A model generated the notes under the pieces. It worked only from the letters and a program-made list of their open reading frames with translations, had not been told where the DNA came from and did not search any database. Below are positions 19,620-30,800 of a stretch of DNA of 64,000 nucleotides, one piece after another. Each line of letters opens with the position of its first letter. Positions within the stretch are counted from its first letter, which is position 1. This stretch comes from Candidatus Peregrinibacteria bacterium (GTDB lineage Bacteria; Patescibacteriota; Gracilibacteria; CAIRYL01; GCA-016699755): the NCBI GenBank assembly GCA_024762935.1, contig JANTGK010000002.1, forward strand, positions 1,320 to 65,319. Reading direction: 5' to 3'. The position numbers and the translations under genes were made by a program.

Positions 19620-21170
19620 ATGGGACTCGCTCGAAAAATCCTCGGGAACACAGTTTCACAAGTGGCAGGACGTTTTTTAACAGCCTTTTTAGCAGTTGTA
19701 GTCGTCAAGATTTTAACGGTGTACTTGGGGCAATCGGGATATGGTCAGTATGCTACTATTTATGAGTTTCTCGCTTTTTTTGGAGCTTTTGCTGATTTTG
19801 GTATTTTTACCATTGCCGTTCGTGAGATGTCACGGACAAAAAAGAATGAAGAGGTTATTTTCGCAAATACTCTCACTCTCAGAACGATGTTTACCGCAAC
19901 AGCTATGCTTGCTGCTGCTGGTGTGGCTTTTCTCATTCCTCAATATCAGGGGACCGTTATTCCTCTTGGTGTTGCCATTGCTGCTCTTTCAACATTTTTT
20001 GTTATTCTTTCGGGAACACTCAGTGCTGCTCTTCAGATTCGTCTCCGTATGGAAATGGCGGCTATTGGGCTCGTCATCGGAAAAGTGTTGACTGTTCTTG
20101 CCATTGTTTTTCTCACACAGAATCTGTTTCCTGATTCCCCTCAAAAAAGTTTTTATTACCTTATTTGGGCAGGGAGTCTTGGGGCTGGGGTAACATTTCT
20201 CATTACTCTTTTTGTCACTCGCAGAATCTTCCCTGTAGCGTTTCGCTTTGATATTCCGGTAATACGGTCACTTCTTATTGAGTCTGCCCCTTTTGCTATT
20301 GCCCTTGCACTCAATACATTGTACGTCCGGATGGACATCCTTCTTCTTTCGCTTCTTCTTCCTCCCTCAATTGATGGAAAATGCCTCCATGAGTTTTGCA
20401 GTGATACAGAGGTGGGAATGTATGCCGTTGGGGCACGAATCTTAGAAATTCTTCTTATGGTCCCTATTTATTTTATGAATTCTGTTCTCCCCTCTCTGAC
20501 ACGAAGTATCGAAGAAAAATCAAAAAATCTTCTTGGACTGCTTCAGAAGAGCTTCCTTTTTCTTTTTGCAGTAGGACTTCCCTCTGGAATCCTTCTGTTT
20601 CTATTAGCGCGTGAAACAGCGGCACTGATTTCTACTGCTTCATTTTTAAGTGCTCCAGGTGTTCCTGGATCTGACACAGCTCTACAAATACTTTCGGGGA
20701 TGATTCCCCTAGCCTTCTGTTCTATCTTTTTTGGGTTTCTACTGATTGCGAGTGGGAAACAGAAAATACTTATTTGGATTAATTTGCTCGCTGTTTTATT
20801 TAATATTGTAATAGATTTTTGGGCCATTCCCCACTATGGATTTGTCGGTGCGGCAGGAGCAACAGTCCTTTCAGAAGGAGTGATGCTTTCGCTCATGATA
20901 CTGTTTACCATTCGAGTTGTGAAATTTGTTCCCCAGCGGGGGTACATGATGAAAATTTTCTTTTCAGCAGTAATTGCTGGAGGTGTTTCGTGGCTTATTC
21001 ATAGTTTTGTAATAGGAACTGCATCTTTCCTCATACTCCTAATTGTCACCACTGTTTTCTTTGCTTTGTATTTTGCATTATTATGGAAATTGCAGATCAT
21101 CACCCCTGCATTACTTCATGTTTTGAGAAAAAAAACAGGAGCCTCTGAGATGAAAGATGAACTTTTGTAG
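19620..21170 (+). CDS. MOP-superfamily polysaccharide/lipid-linked oligosaccharide flippase (Wzx/MurJ-like)
   Basis: About 14 predicted TM segments, 516 aa, N-terminus ...NT.SQV.GR... typical of the family. The ORF track starts at TTG 19614; the ATG is at 19620. Confidence 0.6.
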   Translation: MGLARKILGNTVSQVAGRFLTAFLAVVVVKILTVYLGQSGYGQYATIYEFLAFFGAFADFGIFTIAVREMSRTKKNEEVIFANTLTLRTMFTATAMLAAAGVAFLIPQYQGTVIPLGVAIAALSTFFVILSGTLSAALQIRLRMEMAAIGLVIGKVLTVLAIVFLTQNLFPDSPQKSFYYLIWAGSLGAGVTFLITLFVTRRIFPVAFRFDIPVIRSLLIESAPFAIALALNTLYVRMDILLLSLLLPPSIDGKCLHEFCSDTEVGMYAVGARILEILLMVPIYFMNSVLPSLTRSIEEKSKNLLGLLQKSFLFLFAVGLPSGILLFLLARETAALISTASFLSAPGVPGSDTALQILSGMIPLAFCSIFFGFLLIASGKQKILIWINLLAVLFNIVIDFWAIPHYGFVGAAGATVLSEGVMLSLMILFTIRVVKFVPQRGYMMKIFFSAVIAGGVSWLIHSFVIGTASFLILLIVTTVFFALYFALLWKLQIITPALLHVLRKKTGASEMKDELL

Positions 21171-21426
21171 TGAATTTTCTGTAATTTTTCTCATGAAAAT
21201 GCAGAAAAGATATCAATAAAGCTTATGAGAAAGGGATAAAATGAGGTAAGCTTCAATATACCGCTTCTATAAAAGTATTTTGAGAATAAACTATATAATA
21301 TTCATTTAAAAAATGCAGGTTTTGTAATGAATATGATAGGAAAAAGCGAGTAATGATATGAAAAATATTTACAGAATATACTTTTCGATTGAACGAGAGA
21401 GGAATTGTTTGTAGTCTGCAAATATT

Positions 21427-22626
21427 ATGAAAACATGTCTCTTGGCAATTACTGGCTCTATTTCTGCTCTTAAAGGGCCGGAAATCATTCGGAGTCTTCA
21501 GGAACAAGGTTTTCATGTGCATTGTGCTGTAACTCGTGCTGGGCGCGAATTTGTTACACCAGGTGCTTTGGCTGCTCTTTCGGGGAATCCTGTTTTAGAA
21601 AATGAATATTTTACAAAAGCAAACCTCCCTGGCGTTTTAGCAAAGCCTGGTTACGAGCACTTGGATTTTGCAAAAAATATTGACCTTCTTTTAGTTGCTC
21701 CGGCAACAGCTGACACCATTTCACGACTTGCTCAAGGGAGAGCAAATGGACTCTTTGAAACAGTTTCTCTGGCGACCAAGGCACCTATTGTTATTGCTCC
21801 GGCGATGAATTCGGCAATGCTCTCTTCTGAGGAGGTCAAAGTGAATATTGACATTCTTAAAAAAAGAGGTATTGAGATTTTGCCTACAGAAAGAGGAAAA
21901 CTTGCATGTGGAGAAGAGGGTGATGGAAAACTCCTCCATTCAGACAATATTGCATTCTTTTCTCAAAGAGCTGTTTCAAAACCACTTCTGAGTGGAAAAA
22001 AAATACTCATCACTCTTGGCTCGACGAGAGAACCGATTGATCCAGTACGTGTATTGAGTAATAGTAGCTCCGGAAAAATGGGAATAGCTCTCGCAAAAGA
22101 GGCATTTTTTCTCGGAGCAGAGGTCTTTATTGTCGCAGGGAGTACAGAAGAAAAAATTCCAGATATTTTTGCTGAACAAACCTCTGTTCGCACAGGGAGA
22201 GAAATGCTTCGTGCCATTGAAAAGAGAATAGATACCTGCAATATGGTATTTTTTGTGGCAGCAGTATCAGATTTTATGCCCGTAAAATATGCTGACAAAA
22301 AAATTGATAAACAGTCTTCTTTTTCTCTCGAATTAAAAAAAACCATTGATATTGCTGCGACAATAGGAAAGAGAAAAAGAGAAAATCAAAAATTGTATGG
22401 GTTCGCTCTCCAAACAGGCACCTCAGAGGAAGCAGAAAAGAAGGCACGAGATAAAATGAAAAAAAAATTTCTTGATGGAATCATTGTCAATTCCCCTGAA
22501 GTTCTTGGAAGTGATAGTGGAGAGATGGTATTTCTTATTGATGGTGAGCAAAAAAAAATTTCTGGTAAAAAAGAAAGATTGGCACAGGAAATCCTTCAAA
22601 AAATAATAATGAAGTTGGCACTCTAA
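21427..22626 (+). CDS. coaBC: Bifunctional phosphopantothenoylcysteine decarboxylase / phosphopantothenate-cysteine ligase
   Basis: N-terminal flavoprotein domain (ITGSISALKGPEIIR, PAMN) and C-terminal CoaB domain (ITLGSTREPIDPVR.LSN.SSGKMG; AAVSDF). Confidence 0.85.
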   Translation: MKTCLLAITGSISALKGPEIIRSLQEQGFHVHCAVTRAGREFVTPGALAALSGNPVLENEYFTKANLPGVLAKPGYEHLDFAKNIDLLLVAPATADTISRLAQGRANGLFETVSLATKAPIVIAPAMNSAMLSSEEVKVNIDILKKRGIEILPTERGKLACGEEGDGKLLHSDNIAFFSQRAVSKPLLSGKKILITLGSTREPIDPVRVLSNSSSGKMGIALAKEAFFLGAEVFIVAGSTEEKIPDIFAEQTSVRTGREMLRAIEKRIDTCNMVFFVAAVSDFMPVKYADKKIDKQSSFSLELKKTIDIAATIGKRKRENQKLYGFALQTGTSEEAEKKARDKMKKKFLDGIIVNSPEVLGSDSGEMVFLIDGEQKKISGKKERLAQEILQKIIMKLAL

Positions 22627-22688
22627 AACGCAGGTGAATTCGAGGCTCATTCCGAGTGAAACGAAGAAAAGAGACCGAAGATACTGTG

Positions 22689-22710
22689 CCCCGGTGGAGA
22701 ACCGGGGTTT
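22689..22710 (+). terminator. Intrinsic terminator after coaBC
   Basis: CCCCGG-TGGAGAA-CCGGGG followed by TTT. Confidence 0.55.
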
Positions 22711-22733
22711 AAAGAAAGAAATGAAAAAAACTC

Positions 22734-22762
22734 TTGACCTGATGAAGTTGGCACTCTAAAAT
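22734..22762 (+). promoter_or_regulatory. Sigma70-like promoter of groES-groEL
   Basis: TTGACC (22734-22739), a 17-nt spacer, then TAAAAT (22757-22762). The -10 element lies inside the CIRCE spacer. Confidence 0.6.
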
Positions 22763-22774
22763 AGCGAGTGCTAA
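22748..22774 (+). promoter_or_regulatory. CIRCE operator (HrcA binding site)
   Basis: TTGGCACTC-N9-GAGTGCTAA compared with the consensus TTAGCACTC-N9-GAGTGCTAA. Perfect 9-bp inverted arms apart from one G/A difference from the consensus. Sits directly upstream of groES. Confidence 0.85.
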
Positions 22775-22895
22775 ATTCGCAGTTGCATTCGAGATGACAG
22801 ATAAAATCCGAAAGAAACTGCGTCCCGCATTTGCTCTCTTACAGGAGAGTCATAATCAGATGTGGGATTCACCTTTTCCTTTATCAAAGACAATT

Positions 22896-23165
22896 ATGTC
22901 AAAAACTATTACCCCCCTCTTTGCTCGCGTAGTCGTCCAGCCAAAAACAGCTGAGGAAAAAACGGCTTCAGGTATTTTTCTTCCGGAAACGGTCTCAAAA
23001 GACAAACCGATGGAAGGAAAAATTATTGCTGTCGGTCCTGACTGCAAGGCAGTAAAAAAAGGAGACGCAGTAGTGTTTAAAAAATACTCTCCAACTGAAA
23101 TTGAGATTGGAGGAGTAGAATATTTTCTTCTCGATGAAGAGGATATCCTCGGAAAAATCTCATAG
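22896..23165 (+). CDS. groES: Co-chaperonin GroES
   Basis: I.PL..RV.V....EEKTASGI.LP...K.KP.EG.I.AVG. I prefer the ATG at 22896 (89 aa, typical length). The track ORF starts at 22794. Confidence 0.85.
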   Translation: MSKTITPLFARVVVQPKTAEEKTASGIFLPETVSKDKPMEGKIIAVGPDCKAVKKGDAVVFKKYSPTEIEIGGVEYFLLDEEDILGKIS

Positions 23166-23204
23166 AGATTTTCAAAATTTTATTTTTTTTCTTTTCAAAC
23201 GAAT

Positions 23205-24866
<1,662 letters not shown>

Positions 24867-24900
24867 GGGGAAAACAATCTCTGAAAGAGAACAAAAAATT

Positions 24901-24925
24901 CACTGAAAAACCAGTGGATTTTTTG
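24901..24925 (+). terminator. Possible intrinsic terminator after groEL
   Basis: CACTG-AAAAAC-CAGTG followed by GATTTTTTG. The stem is short. Confidence 0.4.
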
Positions 24926-25003
24926 TATTTTTCTGGAAAAAAATTCTTGATAAAAAAGTATTATTATGCAATAATAAACGACTGAATAAAAAATTTCTTA
25001 CGA

Positions 25004-26704
25004 ATGGAGAAAAAAACCAAGGATAATATCTTTCCGTCGGGTACCTTTCACGGGCAGAAGCCAGTAAAAAAGTCTGAAAAAAAGGAGATACAAAAAAAGG
25101 AGACATTCTTTCTCCATATTCCCTACAAAGACTCTGCCTGTCGATTAACCCGAAGGGTGAAGTTCCAAGTATTGTCATCTGAAAAAAATGATGAACACTT
25201 CTCCGATGCTTCAGCACTTCTTCATATTCCTGCATCTCCAGAGGAAGCAGGAAAGAGAAAAAATCCTGAGGTGCCATCGCCAGTGACTCCATCTGTACAG
25301 AAAAAGGGAGAGGGTACTTTCAAAATACAGACGGCACAGATCCTTGAGAAGAAAAGGGCTCTTGCTCTTCCGATGGCGGTTCAAGCTGTTTCCCCAAAGA
25401 ATGTTCCGGCTTATCGGATGTCTCATGCTGCCATTCCTGTTGTAGATAAAAGGGGGGAAATACAGTTTCCTGCAAAGAAAATGCAGCCTGTCCCGTGTGA
25501 AAAAAGACAATCCGTTTCTCTTCAAAAGATTCATTCGCAGAGTCTTGTTGTCTGTCCTGTTCAAAAGAAAATGCTGCCCGTTTCTCTTTCATCTAATGAT
25601 CATATTGTCTATGGACAAAAGAGATCTCAGGCAGTAAGCAAAGAGATGGTTTCTGAGAAGATTCCTCATTTTCAAAAAAAAGAAGAAACACATCATATCC
25701 CAATCGATACAACTCACGTTTCACAGACGATAGACATCCCTGTACGAGATGTTACACCGCAGGTTTCATCATTTGATGATGACAAAGAGTTGAGAAATAT
25801 TATTACAACAATCCGAAAAGATTTTTCTGGGCTTTCTCGAATTCGTCCATTGCCTGAGCAGACACAAGAAGTCGATAGTCGCATGAAGGAAGAGGTTTCT
25901 GTGCGGACAAAGAAAAAGGCAAGTCTTTTTGCAAGACTTCAGGGGAAAAGGGCAGAAAAAAAGAAAGCACTCGAACAAAAAAAGAATCAGAGAAAAAAGA
26001 CTGGAGTGCTGGGAGAAATCGTAAAATTCTCAGCAACAACAGCAATCATTTTTATTGTCTCTTTTGCGGTCATGAACGCTTCGGCGATTAATGAGCTCAT
26101 CTCTGCAAAAATAGACCCTGTTGGAGTTGTCAAAAAACAGATTGCTCTTGAAAAAATTATTTCTGAAAGAAATTTCGCTCCCATTTTACCAACGGCAGGG
26201 ATGAAACATGAGAATCGAAAAGAATTCCCCGATCTAAATCTCAATATTGGTCCTTTTGAAAACAGGATAGTAATTCCAAAAATTGGAAAAAATGTACCAA
26301 TAGTCGATGTAAAAACTGATGCTCTTCAGAAAGGCGATTGGGATAGGCTCGAAACAGATATTCAAGATGCTCTTCAGGATGGTGTTGTTCATTACCCTGG
26401 AACGGCTCAACCCGGTCAAGTAGGAAATGTTTTTATCACCGGACATAGTTCATACTATCTTTGGGATCCTGGAAAATACAAAGATGTTTTTGCTCGACTT
26501 CATGATCTTGATGTTGGTGATGAATTTGTTGTGTATTGGAATCAAGACTCCTATCGATACAAAATTCGCGAACGAAAAGTTGTTCCGCCAGAAGAGACAA
26601 ATGTCTTAAAGCAACCACGACATGAAAAAATCGCAACACTGATGACATGTACTCCGGTAGGAACAGCAAAAGATAGACTTGTGCTTATTGCAGAACAAAT
26701 TTAA
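25004..26704 (+). CDS. Sortase paralog with a ~330-aa basic low-complexity N-terminal region and one TM helix
   Basis: The C-terminal domain is about half identical by eye to the 18274-19515 sortase (VHYPGTAQPGQVGNVFITGHSSY...TLMTC...DRLVLIAEQI). The true start may be an internal Met. Confidence 0.7.
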   Translation: MEKKTKDNIFPSGTFHGQKPVKKSEKKEIQKKETFFLHIPYKDSACRLTRRVKFQVLSSEKNDEHFSDASALLHIPASPEEAGKRKNPEVPSPVTPSVQKKGEGTFKIQTAQILEKKRALALPMAVQAVSPKNVPAYRMSHAAIPVVDKRGEIQFPAKKMQPVPCEKRQSVSLQKIHSQSLVVCPVQKKMLPVSLSSNDHIVYGQKRSQAVSKEMVSEKIPHFQKKEETHHIPIDTTHVSQTIDIPVRDVTPQVSSFDDDKELRNIITTIRKDFSGLSRIRPLPEQTQEVDSRMKEEVSVRTKKKASLFARLQGKRAEKKKALEQKKNQRKKTGVLGEIVKFSATTAIIFIVSFAVMNASAINELISAKIDPVGVVKKQIALEKIISERNFAPILPTAGMKHENRKEFPDLNLNIGPFENRIVIPKIGKNVPIVDVKTDALQKGDWDRLETDIQDALQDGVVHYPGTAQPGQVGNVFITGHSSYYLWDPGKYKDVFARLHDLDVGDEFVVYWNQDSYRYKIRERKVVPPEETNVLKQPRHEKIATLMTCTPVGTAKDRLVLIAEQI

Positions 26705-26874
26705 AAATTGGAGAGAAGAGAAAAACAATGCTGGAAAAGAATCCGAATGATGCTTATTTTTTGAGGAATTAGTTCATCATCCCAATTCTTATTTTCTGTC
26801 AAAGGAATTGACTGGAAGAATTTTCCTTTTTTTTGGCATTCTCAGAGTATATTTTTCTGACGAAAAAGAATCTC

Positions 26875-27858
26875 ATGATGTACATCGGTCGAATTTTTTT
26901 TCTGGGTATCTTCTTTTTTCCGTTCTCCTGTTTCGCAAGCCCGATTGATACTGTAAAAAATTGGGGGTATCAACTTCAGAATATTCAGGCGAAAGATATT
27001 CGAGATGCTAAACACGATCTCATCGTAATAGATTATTCACCAGATGGGAGTGATGAGAATCGATTTACAAAACAAGAAGTGGCAGAGATGAAAAAGGACG
27101 GAAAGCTTCTCATTGCATATCTCTCTATTGGTGAGGCGGAGATGTACCGTTTTTATTGGAACTCACAGTGGGAGTCACCAAAACAAACAAACTGCCTAAA
27201 AAAATATTTTAATACACTCCATCAAAGCTATGATTGGAAGAATGTATGTCCGAAAGGAAACACGGGTCTTGTTGGTGAAAAAAATCCTGATTGGGATGGA
27301 AATTACTCTGTAAAATATTGGGAAAAAGAGTGGTGGGATGATGCTATTGTGCCATATTTAAACCGCATTTACAGTGCCGGTTTTGATGGAGTGTACCTTG
27401 ATCTTGTGGACGAGTATGAGTATTGGTCCGAAAAAGGTATGCCCGAAAAAAAACTTGCTGATGATATGGCAAAACTTATCTGGAAAATCTCTCTCCTCTC
27501 AAAAAGAAAGATGGGGAAGGATTTTTTAATCATTCCACAGAACGGAATATCGATTATTCGAGTCTTGGGTGCAAAATGGAAAGCACGATACTTTTCTGCT
27601 ATCGATGCCATTGCTCTTGAATCTCTCTTTTTCGATACAACAAAAAGAGAGAGAATAACTCGATTGCTCATTTTAAAAGAGTATCAAAAAAGAGGAATTC
27701 CCATATTCGTGGTGGAATACTCTCGAAAAAAATATCTCTCAAGGCTCCTTTCGCGAATCAAAACATATGAGAAAGCATATGGAATTTCTATCATTCCTTT
27801 TCGGGCAGCAAATGATGTTCAGCTGAACGAACTCTATAAACCATTGAGAAGGAAATAA
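26875..27858 (+). CDS. Secreted TM1410/GH114-like putative glycoside hydrolase (endo-alpha-1,4-polygalactosaminidase-like)
   Basis: Signal peptide, then W.YQLQ...D..VIDYS.DG..., AYLSIGEAE.YR.YW and FDGVYLD.VD.YEYW motifs recalled from the Glyco_hydro_114/TM1410 family. ATG 26875 preferred over TTG 26833. Confidence 0.5.
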   Translation: MMYIGRIFFLGIFFFPFSCFASPIDTVKNWGYQLQNIQAKDIRDAKHDLIVIDYSPDGSDENRFTKQEVAEMKKDGKLLIAYLSIGEAEMYRFYWNSQWESPKQTNCLKKYFNTLHQSYDWKNVCPKGNTGLVGEKNPDWDGNYSVKYWEKEWWDDAIVPYLNRIYSAGFDGVYLDLVDEYEYWSEKGMPEKKLADDMAKLIWKISLLSKRKMGKDFLIIPQNGISIIRVLGAKWKARYFSAIDAIALESLFFDTTKRERITRLLILKEYQKRGIPIFVVEYSRKKYLSRLLSRIKTYEKAYGISIIPFRAANDVQLNELYKPLRRK

Positions 27859-27878
27859 TAATTATTAATTTAAAATCA

Positions 27879-30800
27879 ATGAAAAAAATATGTTCACTAG
27901 TAGTGGCTTTTTTCGTGTTTTCTTCGTCTCTCTCTTCTGCTTTGGCAGAAGAGTTCATTGAAACTCCCTCTCCCTTTGATGGGGTACTTCTGCCTGATCC
28001 TGAGTTTGTCTCTGAACCAGAACAGGCAGTTATTTCTGCAGAGTTTGGAGATATTCAAATTTCTGAAATCTTGAGTAATGCCAGTACTGGTGAACAAGAG
28101 TGGGTTGAGATTGTTTCACTTGTGGAAGATGAGCGGTCTTTGGCGCAGTTTACACTCTCAGATGCTGTTGGCGTTATTTTTACATTTCCTGAAGATGCCA
28201 TTCTTGCTGCTCATGAGAGAGTAGTACTCTCTGGCTGGGCTAATAAACTCAATAATACAGGGGATTCAGTGGTCATAAAAAATTCTGCTGGGGAGATTGT
28301 TACACAAGAGGTCACTTTTCCTGCCTTGAGTAAAGAAGAAAGTTGGGCCTTTAATGGAGACCAATACCTCAAGACCACACTTGTTACTCCAGGAGAAGAA
28401 AATGAATTTGTTTCTCCGGAGGATCCAAAATCTGAAGAACCCGTATCAACCCCAGAACAAGACCCTCACCAGACCCCAGAAACATCTCCACCTCTTTCAC
28501 CAGATATTCCGTATCCTGACCCCGGAGAAGTGATTATTAGTGAAGTGGTGAGCAATCCTCTTGAGAATGATCAAGAGTGGGTAGAGCTCTTCTCCCAGTC
28601 TTCACAAGAGCGGAGTTTAAAAGATTGCACCCTTTCTGATGAAAATGGAGTAATCTTTACTTTTAGGGCAGAATCAACACTGCTTCCGTTTGAGTTTTTA
28701 GTGCTCTCTGGTTGGGGAAATAAACTCAATAACACGGGAGATTCTGTTGTTCTTCGATCACCAGATGGAAAAATACTGGCAGAGGCATTGTCCTTTCCTC
28801 CTCTCGAAAAAGGAGAGAGTTGGCTTCCAGAAGAAGCGAAAAAGGGTATCCCGACAAAAGGAGAAGAGAATATTCTTCTCCTGGATGAGATTTCAAATAC
28901 TCCAATACCAGAAGTAAGCCCCCCGATAGACGAAGGAGATGCTGTTTTTCCTGAGGTTGGTGACATTTTTCTTTCAGAAATAATGAGTAATCCTCTTGAG
29001 GGAGATGAATGGGTGGAGCTTTTTTCTTCTGCAATCGAAAAGATTTATGTGGGAGGTATGGGAATCTATGATGAGAAGGGAAAAATATTTACTATTCCCA
29101 TCGGGACAGTCGTTGAGCCGGGTGAATTTCTCGTTATTTCTGGGTGGAAAAATAAGCTCAATAATGATGGTGATTCCGTGAGTGTAAGGCTCATTGACGA
29201 GAGTATTATCAGTGAAGTTGATCATTTTCCATCACTGGAAAAAGGGGTTTCTTGGGCTTTTGATGGACAGGGATTTAAAAAAACGGGGTCTCCCACTCCA
29301 GGACAAGAGAATGTTTTTACAACGCCGGCAAAATCTTCTGCAAGTTCTTCAGGCGGGTCTTCTACAGCAACAGGGAAGAAGTCCTCACTCGTCAAAACAA
29401 AAGCAGTCACACCTTCTGCGGGAAGAGAATCATTTCAACTTCAAATATCCGAGGTCCTTTTTCGAGGGGCAAAGGAAGACTATGTTGAACTCTATTGCAA
29501 AGAATGTGATCTCGATTTGGGAGGCATTCGACTAGCAGATGATGATACTGTTTTTGAGTTTCCACCAGAAACATACGTGAAATCGGGTGAGTATGTCCTT
29601 GTGCATTTCTCTAAAGAGTCGCAGGATGATTACTATGAAGATGGGGTCTGGCATTTTTGGTCTCAGAAGAAAGGTCTCACGGCAACAGATGAAACCATTT
29701 TTGTTCTTGATTCTCGTGGAAATGTTGAAGATGCCCTTTGTATTGCGAATCAAAATGGAGATTTCTCTTCTGGTGAAAAAAGAGACATAACCCAGCTCAT
29801 TCACCAGAACGTGTTAAAGGCACATCATCCACTTGATGAGGAGATATGTTTTGATTCTCGAAAGTTACAAAAAGACATCGCCCTTGTTTTTTCAGGTACA
29901 AAATCACTTTTTGCATCTCACGATTATTTTGCGAGTACAAAAATGACTCCTGGGCAAAAAAACCCTCTGCCTCCACAACATATTCGTCCAAACATACTTT
30001 CTGTTTCTGAGAGTTTTCTGTTACCCAATGATACTGTTGTTATTAAAATACAAAACGGAGGAACAAAACTTCTTCCATTAGGTGATTTTTCTCTCGCATA
30101 TGACTCTCTCCAAGAGGATGGACTCATGCATCAAGAAAGTATCACCCTTCCAGATGAAATACTTGTTCCTCAGGAGATGAAGTACATATTTCTTCCAAAT
30201 TTTTCCTCAGGAAATGTACAGATTGTCGATCACTGGGGAGATGTTTTTCCCACAGCAGAGATTGTCCCATCTTCTCCCTTTCTCCCTGGGTGGGGAGACA
30301 TTCGCCTTTCTGAGATTTTCCCAAATCCAGAGGGAGCAGATGCAGGATCTGAGTACATCGAATTGTTGTGTGAATCAGAGCAATGTAATACTGATTCAGT
30401 GGTCCCTTTTGTGAATTCAGAAAAAATTACCATTCCAGAAACTCTTTTGAAAAAAGGTGAGACCTTTCTTATTTCTGATGTTTCTCTGCGAAATACGAAT
30501 CTCTCCCTTGAGGTGTATGATTTCTCTCGGAAAACACTCGAGAGTGTGACGATTGCTCATGCTCCGGAAGGAGAGAGCTACAGCATGTATGCCGATGAGT
30601 TCTCTTGGGAGGCACCGACACGAGGGCATCAAAATATGCCAGCCGATATGCATGCTTCTACTGACAGTGATCATGACGGTATTCCTGATGTCTCTGAATG
30701 GCTTTTGGATTCAAACCCCTTTGAATTAGATGAAAAAAATTCCCCCGTACACAAGCTCTTTTCTGCATATGTAAAAAAGTCAGCGTCTCTTACTATTTCT

